In this document: in pieces, positions 54,941 to 64,000 of the stretch
Numbering within the stretch: position 1 is the stretch's first letter
Layout: each line of letters opens with the position of its first letter
From: Botryllus schlosseri
Lineage: Eukaryota
Assembly: GCA_051294905.1 (NCBI GenBank)
Contig: CM119373.1
Location: 4,528,001-4,592,000 of the forward strand
DNA length: 64,000 nt
Reading direction: 5' to 3'
Program-made: the position numbers and the translations under genes
Notes under the pieces: model-generated
Seen by the model: only the letters and a program-made list of their open reading frames with translations
Database searches by the model: none
What the model was told of the DNA's origin: nothing

Positions 54941-55198
54941 CTTAAATTATTTCACACAATGTGTATCTCCAGTGCATGCTGTCCCATTTTCTCTATCCGC
55001 CCCACTCAACATGAGTCTATCTACCATAGTAGCCCGTTTTGGTAGCGAACCGCAGCTTTCCTGTATATTGATTAACGGAATAAACAGCCGGATTTCTTTT
55101 TCCTGTTTTTAATTCAAATAAAACGTAAACGAAATAGTCAAACGCACTCATCATTGCTCCGTCTGTTGTCTCGCTAACCGCTGAGTCCAATGTTCCCA

Positions 55199-56395
55199 TC
55201 ACTCCTCAATGCCTTCCTCTGCCTCGCTAGCTGTTGGTACCTGCAGAACTACAGCAGGTCGCTGGTTTGTTACCAAGTACTCTATCGAGTCTCGCAAGGT
55301 CTGGTTCAGGGACATAACCAATCTCTCGCGTGACTCTCTGTCCTTTTGGCACTGCTCCTTGTAAGCAGCTATATACTTGTCCCATCCAACTTCATCTAAA
55401 CAAAATATGCGCCACGTCAAGCAAAACTTAGGTAGGCTAGCAACAAAGACTACTTTGACAACATCTTATCTTGTCATCAATCATCATACCTTTTCTCCTT
55501 TTATGCTGACGTTGACTGATACGATCTGAGAAGGACCAAGCGAGATCTTGATTAGTAATATTCAAGAGAGAATTGTGCCGCGTGCTGCTAACATAAACAG
55601 TAAGACCTACCTCGTTTCCTTTTTGAACTTTGACTTTGTTCTGGCTGTTCTGTTTCTTGTGGCTCGTCAAGATCTTCCAGATCCTGGTTTGAGCTAGAGG
55701 GAGGATTTGATTCTTCACTAATGACTGAAATTTACACGCAGCTCAATATGAATGACTCAAATTACTAAGATCAAGAACTAACCGATGGTGTCTTGTGTTG
55801 ACGAATTAATGCTATCATCAGTTGCATCTATACATAATCAAAAAGATAAGCATGATAAGCAATTTTTACCTTGTTTAATCATCAAACCTTACCAAATCGC
55901 TGCGACAAGGTGTCGACAGCTGTAAGCTCGCCTTGAAATGCCTGTGCAAACAAAGTAGGAATCAGAGTTGAAACAAACCATCATTCTCTACATAATTTAT
56001 CTAAGATTACTTTTGTCCTTGGCCTTTCGCACATCAGACTGTGCATTTTTGCAAAATACGGCCAAGTTACTCCTCCAGCGCCCGACTTGGAGGAAGTCTT
56101 TAAGACAGTATAGTAAACTGTTTTTAAGTTTTTCCACTTAATGGATATCTGTTTCCTGAAGAAAGCATAAACATATACTGCTCACAAACAATAAAATTCT
56201 GCACATATTCCTATACCAATTTTTGCTGTAGCCCCTGTTGCAGAGTTGCTGGGCAATACTACCGTAGTACTGCTGGTTCCTGCCTTTGCAGCCATCTATT
56301 TTCTGTATAATCTTCATCTCCTCGATTAAACACAAAAGAAGGTCGGTTTCTTCTTGGCTCCATGCCCCAAAACGTATTTTCTTAACCTCCGCCAT
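55199..56395 (-). CDS. Harbinger Myb/SANT-like (trihelix) DNA-binding protein, 7 exons: 56395-56217, 56155-56011, 55941-55893, 55827-55783, 55724-55611, 55525-55490, 55395-55199 (254 aa)
   Basis: WSQEETDLLL...YGSIAQQLCNRGYSKNWKQISIKWKNLKTVY...WPYFAKMHSLM, then acidic linker, basic KRKR/KRRK patch and predicted C-terminal helix; splice phases consistent. Confidence 0.88.
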
Positions 56396-56572
56396 GTCGC
56401 TAGCTCGCACCTCGCACAAAGGCAATACCGGTAGTACGAATTACGGAGCCGGTCGTCTTATTTTTGCGTCATGTAAACACAACGGTTGAACGAGTCGGAT
56501 TGAAGCTTGCTGTGACGTCACTCGGAGACGGATTACAATTCAAGACGGATCGACCATGTAAATGGGCTTTAT

Positions 56573-59333
56573 GCTAGGGTGCGGTGCACATCGGTACGTA
56601 GCGAGAAGTGTTTGGAGCGCGAAGTTGAGATCTTTTCCCCCGTCGCAATTTTTTATTAATCCAGCTTTTAAAGTCTGGACGACACGCTCCGCTTCCCCGT
56701 TCGAGGCAGGGTGAAAAGACGGTGATACGATATGGCTGATTGGCAAATTAGAACAAAACATATCGAATTCATTCGACGTGAATTGCGGCCCGCCATCCGT
56801 GACAATTGTTATGGGCAAGCCTGCAATAGAGAAGACTTCCCTCAAAGCGTTGACTACACACAAAGTTGTGGTAGATCCGATATTCATTGCTTTAATGAAA
56901 GGATATTTCGAATGCGCATCGACGATGACAAGAAGCATTTTATTGTTTATTGGACCTGCGAAATCCAAGTGAATCCGTTCAAAGCTTTCACACGTTTTAG
57001 GCCATTCGCGATACTGACGATCAGGCGCTTTCATTACTTTACGGCAAACTTTTAACGAGATTTTCAATGTCGCGATTAATGGAAGGCCATGCGATGTAAC
57101 GTCGAGCCATCTGCTTCATTTTCGCGATACCCCAATGTCCTTCGTACAACAATGATAAGACTCGCGAGCGAAGTGACTGCGGAATTACTACGCGCTGAAA
57201 ACCATCAATATTGAGCATGACTATGTCTTCGTGCAGAGAAAGCGAATGTTTGCGAGTCGAAAACCAAGAAAAATCATCAATGTGCGTCTTTGGATTCCAA
57301 TTACCATGAGTGACAGATAATTTTACTAGTTTCATGGTTTTGTCCTTCAGCGTCGCGTCGCGAATTTCATTGCGAGTTAACGGCAAGCCATCGAATGCCA
57401 TATTAATAGCGTGAACGATCTCCGCGTTTTCACGAATTTCCAGTTCGTCAAACTCAGGGTCTGGACCCTTTGGTAGGCGAGATAAACCGTCGGCGTTTCC
57501 GTGCTGATTAGTCGGTTTATAGCGAATTTCATATTGATAAGCCATGAGCGTTAGTGCCCATCGCTGTAAGCGTTGCGTTGTAATCACGGCAATTTTCTTG
57601 TCTGGCGAAAAAATAGCTTAAAGCGGTTTGTGGTCCGTTACGAGCGTAAATTTTCTACCATACAAGAATTGACGAAATTTAGTGTCTCCGTAAATGATTG
57701 ACAGAGCTTCCTTCTCTATTTGAGAGTAGGACTTTTGCGAATCGGAAAGCGTTTTCGATGCGTGCGCGATCGGTCTCTCTTCGCCATTGTGCTCGATTGA
57801 GAGGACAGCGCCGATTCCAAATTGCGAAGCATCCGTTGACAAAATGAGATGCTTGTTTACATCATAATGAGCCAACTGCGTAGCGTCGATTACGTCGTTT
57901 TTGAGAATGCGAAAAGCTGCGTCACAGTCTGCATTCCAAATGAATTCCGCGTCTTTTTGAAGAAGACGGTACAAGGCAGCGGCTTTATTCGTGAAATTAG
58001 GAATAAACGCGCGATAATAATTGACTTTGCCCAGGAATGCCTGTAGCTGGCGAACATCCTGAGGTTTAGGCAACTGTTTGATTGCTTCAACGGATTTGTT
58101 AGACGGGCGCTTGCCATCCTTGTCAATTATGTGACCAAGATACTCGATACTACGTTTGAAAAATTCGCATTTCGCGAAGTTGACGGTGAAACCGTATTCG
58201 GTGAGGCGCTCAAAGAGTAGCGATAAGTTGCGAAAATGATCGCGTCCATCAGTGCCAGTAACGATTATGTCATCGATAAAACTAGCAGCACCGGGTAAGC
58301 CGGCGATCATGGCATCAATACAGCGTTGAAAATTTGCGGGACTAGATGCGACTCCGAAACACATGCGTCATTAACGGAAAAGACCGAATTGCGTGTTGAT
58401 GACACACAAATTCTTCGCATCATCATTTAATTCTAGCTGAAAAGAAGCATCGGCAAGATCAATTTTCGTAAAAATACAACCACCCTGTAACTTGTGAAGA
58501 ATTTCATCTAGAGAGGGCAGGGGATGTTGATCCATCTGAATTTGTTGATTCAATGCTTTGAAGTCACCACAAATGCGTACTGATCCATTAGATTTAGTGA
58601 CGGCAACAATTGGTGCTGCCCAATCACTGTAATTGATTGGTTCGAGAATACCTTGATCGACTAATCTATCCAATTCGGTTGGAACAGCGATTTGCCTTGC
58701 GAAAGGCAAAGGACGTGGCTTGTTAAATACGGGCTTGGCATTAGGTTTAAAGTGAATTGTCACCTTTGTCTTGATGCATCGTCCTAATACATTGGAGAAA
58801 ACGGAGGGAAATTTGGACTGAAAAGATACCAATTTGTCGTTCGAATCAGAAAGGTCGATAGTATTACATGATTGCGATTTGACCATCTGCGAGGAAATTG
58901 CATCCAAAGCAGACGTTCCCTTAGCGGTCATGGAGAAAGCATCGCTCCAATCGAGACCAAAAATGTTTTGCCCACGGTGTTCGTCGAGAACCACCAATTT
59001 TAAGCCAACTCGAACTTCGGAACCCACCTGCACGGTTACAGTGCAAATACCTTTCACTTTCAGTGGCCTGTCTCCGTACGCCACGAAAGAGCAATGGTAT
59101 GCTGAGAGTTTCGGAGAGCCCAAAGTTTTGTACACAGTCAATCCCACCATGGCGGAGGGTGCACCAGTGTCCCACTGTGTTGGCAACGGAATGCCGTTGA
59201 TGCTGGAGTCGATCCAGAGCTGCTTTCCTACGCGTCGATATAGTAGATCGATGTCGAAGGAGAGGAGCGGCACTGTGCAGAAATTGACGGAAATGACCTG
59301 TTGCGTGATACTAGGTTTGGTAGACATGCACAC
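56573..59333 (-). pseudogene. Gypsy pol (protease, RT, RNase H, integrase) with stops and a frameshift
   Basis: WDTGA, WAAPIV..VRICGDF, FIDD, TDASQFGIGA, YSQIEKEAL, RIHLDFAGP, IVTDGGPQF, HPASNGEAER; stops at ~58370 and ~57618, frameshift at ~57060. Confidence 0.93.
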
Positions 59334-60320
59334 AGGTTTGATATGACCTTTACGACCACATTTCTGACATACTGCATGTCGATATTGACAGTCATTTCTC
59401 TGGTGATCGATGAAACAGCGGCTGCAGGATTTCAGTCTTTCTGGGAAGTTGCCTTGGTTGGATTTGGAAGGTTTTTTTCCCCTTCCGATAACTTCCCGTC
59501 ATTTTATTGACGATGGAAGTATCTTTACCGTTACTATCGCCCTGGATAACCCTATCGGTTTCCAGCGTTCTTACGTATGTTGCGGCTACTTTGAGAACGT
59601 CGTTAAGGGATGGATTGGTTTGTGTTAGACAATGCCGTCTCACATCCGCGTGCGGCGTTTCTTTAATGATGAGATCGCGCATTAGCTCATCAACGTAGCT
59701 TTGATCACAGTCATCTCTTGAGCATGTGAAGTTGCAATCCTTGGAGATTCCGCGTAGAGTAGCGATCCAATCGGCGTATGACTGTCCCGGCTGCATTTTG
59801 CAATTGTAAAATTCGTACCTGGCTGCTTGCACATGGATTGAGTCCTTGAAGTGTGTAGACAACTTCTCAGTCAACGCGTCGAAGGATTGTGCACTGACAT
59901 CAGCAGCACCAAATAAATTACGTAGGAGCGAGTACGTTTCAGGTCCGACCCATGAGAGTAGACAGGCTCTTTTTTTTCTCCATGCTGGAAATGCCGTAAA
60001 TTGCAAGGTGATCGTTGCAGATATTGGTCCCACTTCTCTTTTGATTTTGCGAACGAATCAAACTTGGGAGCGGCTGTTTCAGATGTTGACGCACCGGGAT
60101 TCAACCTCTGCGTCAATTGCGCCATCTCTGTCATGACTTTTGCCATTGCTTCGTCATGCTTTGCTTGTTGTTGCACCATCATCTCTTGCCGCTTCGCTTG
60201 TCGTTTCAAATCTTCTCTGTGTCGAGCAGTTTGCTGCTCCAGCTCTTCTTTACGCTGTGCGCGTTGTTCCGCCATCATTTCCGGCTGCTTCTCTAGAAGC
60301 TTCAAAATACCCTATTCCAT
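59330..60320 (-). pseudogene. Gypsy gag with C-terminal zinc knuckle, frameshifted
   Basis: Coiled-coil N-terminus, LLSWVGPETYSLL, ARYEFYNCKMQPGQSYADW, CQKCGRKGHIKPVC. Confidence 0.88.
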
Positions 60321-60353
60321 GATATATACAGTATTCGTCGCAGAAATAACTAT

Positions 60354-60373
60354 GAATCCGACTTCTGACACCA
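60354..60373 (-). promoter_or_regulatory. Primer binding site (tRNA-Leu)
   Basis: Minus strand TGGTGTCAGAAGTCGGATTC, 2 nt after the 5' LTR. Confidence 0.85.
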
Positions 60374-60375
60374 AT

Positions 60376-60629
60376 TGTTATGTTCTTGATCTTGTTTGAA
60401 CAATAACTCAATACGACGAGGTTGCAATATGAAATCAGTATATTATCAGCAGAATAACTTTGAGGCAGCGACACGATCCAGAGTACAGTTAAACGAAAGA
60501 CCCGTAGACAACAGAACACAGGGTATAAATACGAAGCACGACACACGAGGAAATAATGATTGGCGGTAATTACTAATCCTAGACAAATAAGAGGCAAACG
60601 ATACCAACTTAAAATGCATGAACATAACA
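60376..60629 (-). repeat. 5' LTR of the Gypsy element
   Basis: Direct repeat of 51464-51716 (5 substitutions and 1 indel by eye). Confidence 0.95.
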
Positions 60630-60951
60630 CATATGAGTGGCAGGTTTTGACGTTGCAGATATAGGGATAGGTAAACATTGGCCTAGTGTAGGTTTGCGAT
60701 TGGGATTCAGATGACTGAAGCAACAATTCAAGGATTCGGAAAATGTGCAGTTTTAATATTTTGCGTCGCAGGTATGTATTCTGTATTGATAAATGTATAT
60801 TTGAGTTATTCATAAAGACAACAAGCAGCTAGGTATTCAGCTTTTTAAGTAAAATCTACGTTCATATCGGATAGCTCAGAGAGTGTGTTGATGAAGGAAT
60901 TGGGTGGCATGCACTTCTGCTCACAATGCTTGAAACGGAACCCCGCTTTGC

Positions 60952-61296
60952 ATATGATGCGGTCTCAAATTTGAGATAAAATCGGAAATAAACTTTTGGG
61001 CGCAGTTGAGTCCGTTTTGTCGCATCATGTCGCAGCAAAGTCGGTGACGCATCATATGTTTCCACGTACTACTAAGAAATCGGACTACAAGATTGCGGTG
61101 TACCAGAAATTTCACACGGCTACGCAGCGAAAACTAGCAGGCGCAACAGCATAGGGATTTACTTTTCAGCAAGAGTGGAACGGCTTGTTTCGGAAAAAGC
61201 ATTTAGCTGCAGTTCCATTACGGGGGCTTTCTGAAGAAAATGGCAGCGGCCAAAATTTTGTCCCGATTTTATCATTAATTTGAGATCTCGTCATAT
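60952..61296. mobile_element. Old MITE-like repeat with ~50-bp TIRs; related copies at ~30787-31137, ~29080-29400 and ~48775-49100
   Basis: atatgatgcggtctcaaatttgagataaaatcgg ... ccgattttatcattaatttgagatctcgtcatat. Confidence 0.6.
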
Positions 61297-61349
61297 TTAG
61301 AGAGCAGTGGCCCTTGCAACTGAAATGTACCTTGATAGAAGTAAAAAGT

Positions 61350-61982
61350 ATTTATGTTCGTGTATTTACGTTGGTATCGTTTCACTCTTATTTGTCTAGG
61401 ATTAGTAATTACCGTCAATCATTATTTCCTCGTGTGTCGTGCTTTGTATTTATACCCTGTGTTCTGTTGTCTACGGGTCTTTTCGTTTAACTGCACTCTG
61501 GATCGTGTCGCCTGTCTAAAGTTATTCTGTTGTAATATACTGATTTCATATTGCAACCTCGTATGAGTTATTGTTCAAACAAGATCAAGAACATAACAAT
61601 TGGTGTCAGAATTCGGATTCATAGTTATTTTTGCGACGAATATATATCATGGAATCGGGTATTTTGAGAAGCAGCAGGAAAAGATGGCGGAACTACGCGC
61701 ACAGCATGACGAAACAATGACGAAAGTGATGGCTGGGCTGGAACAGCAAAAAAACAACACAAAGAAGAAATGGCACAGTTCACGCAGAGGTTGAGTCTCG
61801 GTGCGTCAACATATGAAGCTACCGCTCCCAAGTTTGATTCGTTCATCAAATCAAAGGAGAAATGGGACCAATATCTGCAACGATTCAACCACCAGTTAGC
61901 AATTTACGGCATTTCCAACATGGAGAAAAAAAAGAGCGTGTTTACTCTCCTGGGTTGGACCCGAAACCTACTCGGCTACTCG
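61350..61982 (+). mobile_element. Second copy of the same Gypsy family (5' LTR ~61350-61598, PBS 61601-61620, gag start), opposite orientation, interrupted
   Basis: Reverse complement of 60629-59930; APKFDSFIKSKEKWDQYLQRF. Confidence 0.92.
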
Positions 61983-64000
61983 TGTTCGCGCTTGCGCATT
62001 TCATTTGTTAATCCTGATTTTAGTAATCATTTGTAGTCAAGCCTTTTCAGATAGGCTGTTCTTACCGCTATATAAAGCGTCTGCAAACCACCATTTGTTG
62101 GTTATTAAGGTTGACGCAAAATCAATTGTAAATCTTACTTTACTTACTTCGGTTCCTTGCTTACGTTAATCTCACTTCTGTTACGTTCGTCGGCCGTATG
62201 TTGCTGTGGCTGTGCTAAGTGTCAGCTATCTTCATTAAGTTGTATGTTGCTGTTGCTGTACTACGTGCCTGCTATCTTCATGAATTCGTATGTTGCTGTT
62301 GCTGCACTACGTGTCTGCTATCTTCATCGATTGGATGTTGCTGTTGCTACACTATTCGTCAGCTATTTTCATTCGGATTCGACTTGATCGTGCTATTATG
62401 TTATTAAAGTTATGGAACACGTGTATGAATTACAACGATTAGCATCCGTAGATAACCCCATAGACAGGCTTCTGCGCCTATAATCGGCAGCGCAAGATTC
62501 AGACTGCCGCGCAGAAACAATTTACAATTAATTTGCAATTTGCAATCAATTTGCCGGTAGAGGATTTCCATCGAATGTTCTCTACATTGAAGAGGGCGTT
62601 TCCTCCTGGACGGAGCGGACGATTGCGATGTTTCCACCCACAGTCTATGTTCATCGTTCACCGTCTCGCCAATCAAGAGCTCGGTTTCAGTCCGTCAGTT
62701 CAGTCCGTCCAACAACGCGTTGATCTTGTCTACAGCATTCTCCGTTTGTCTGAAAGTCACATCGATTGCATGGCTGCCACATTCAGGATCATTGCAAAGA
62801 TAGCAGCGCAACTGCGTGGAGAGTATATTCTTCTCTCTCCAGATGATATCACCAGGGACCATATTCACTCGGGTGCTTGAGTCACAGTTGCCGACAGAAA
62901 TGCACAAACGTTGGATGCGGAAGATTGAAACACCCTCTTGAAGATGATTGAGAACTGAACCTGACGATGACGCGGATTGGTATTCAAGGCAGCAGATGGT
63001 CGAGAAGATTTGTGTCAGGCACCTCGCATCGAAAGGAGAATTCGGCTATTTGAAGAACTTCTACCGAGCAATGCCGGAAATATTGTTATGATTCCGGAAT
63101 ATTCATTTCGAGCTACTGCACGTTGCGGGGACGCCTCTAAGATTATTTCGACTTTTCCGAAGGTGACGAATTTTCCAGAGTGTGATACGATTCATCCGAC
63201 ATCGAGAGTCATCATCACGCGCCTGAGTGAAACTGTCCAAGTTGAGTCGCGTTCGATTGTCTGCGTTCATTCATAGTGATTTATTCTCGTCGCTTGTAGA
63301 CATGCTGAACGCCTCGTTACCAATTCAAAGTGATCTATTATCATCGATTGTGTAGAGTTGCTGACTGCTTCCATATTTATTCCAAATGATTTATTCTTCT
63401 CGCCTGTAGAGATGTCGAACGCCATCCTACCATTTAAAAAGTGATTCATTCTCATCGCTTGTAGAGCTGGTGAACGCCTTTCTACTATTTAGGGTGATAT
63501 ATATAGAATGTATTTTGGATCGGAGGTTCAGCAGCTCTTTGTATGTTGGTCATTGTACAATCTGACTTCGCCTTGTACAGTCTCACTTTGCCTCTTGTAC
63601 AGTCTCACTTTGCCTATGTGGATGATGATTCGAGTGATTCGGACCGTGTATTACATTGATAATTCTGTTGACCGGGATCAGTCAAATGAGGGAGTGTTCG
63701 CGCTTGCGCGAACATTTGTTAACCCTGATTTTAGTAATCATTTGTAGTCAAGCCTTTTCAGATAGGCTGTTCTTACCGCTATATAAAGCGTCTGCGAACC
63801 ACCATTTGTTGGTTATTACCGTTGACGCAAAATTAATTGTAAATCTTACTTTACTTACTTCGGTTCCTTGCTTACGTTAATCTCACTTCTGTTACGTTCG
63901 TCGGCCGTATGTTGCTGTGGCTGTGCTAAGTGTCAGCTATCTTCATTAAGTTGTATGTTGCTGTTGCTGTACTACGTGCCTGCTATCTTCATGAATTCGT
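61983..64000 (+). mobile_element. Small non-autonomous LTR element: 5' LTR 61983-62419, ~1.27-kb interior, 3' LTR from 63695 to beyond the window end
   Basis: Near-identical direct repeats starting TGTTC; the first ends GAACA; PPT-like gagggag abuts the second. Confidence 0.8.

Larger units (their letters stand above)
52183..56569. mobile_element. PIF/Harbinger DNA transposon, two-gene autonomous type
   Basis: Perfect 16-bp TIR aagcccatttacatgg; 3-bp TSD TAT; removal restores the integrase frame PHPSIDWKTP. Confidence 0.95.
51464..60629 (-). mobile_element. Gypsy/Ty3 LTR retrotransposon (Mag-like), full length but coding-decayed
   Basis: Two ~253-bp TG...CA LTRs, perfect 5-bp TSD CATAT, tRNA-Leu PBS, PPT-like aagggtggac, gag-PR-RT-RH-IN order. 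Confidence 0.96.

Noticed and set aside
52528..56395. Domesticated host HARBI1/NAIF1 genes
   Set aside because: Bounded by perfect TIRs and a TSD inside a retrotransposon; these are transposon genes, so no host symbol is given.
60250..60813. 187-aa ORF as a possible env or accessory gene
   Set aside because: Crosses the LTR boundary into flanking DNA and has no motif.

Overview
AT-rich, repeat-dense animal genomic DNA with short GT-AG introns, probably an invertebrate deuterostome such as an ascidian (inference only). Most short ORFs in the track are spurious. The host content is a tandemly duplicated multi-exon gene with putative SEA-like exons, an S/T-rich exon and a C-terminal pentraxin exon. 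Copy A (~22.6-31.2 kb) has an open pentraxin exon. Copy B (~37.7-61.3 kb) is a pseudogene enlarged by insertions, and a partial inverted copy lies at 19.3-20.1 kb. The rest is nested transposons: a decayed Mag-type Gypsy LTR element (51464-60629) whose integrase is split by an apparently intact two-gene PIF/Harbinger transposon (52183-56569; 7-exon DDE nuclease plus convergent 7-exon Myb/SANT partner); a near-intact ZBED1-like hAT inside a piggyBac-type element; a decayed second Harbinger; a second Gypsy copy interrupted by a small non-autonomous LTR element; LINE ends; tRNA-derived SINEs; many MITEs; and two inverted Penelope-type minimal hammerhead ribozyme motifs. All calls come from manual reading and translation; no database searches were run.
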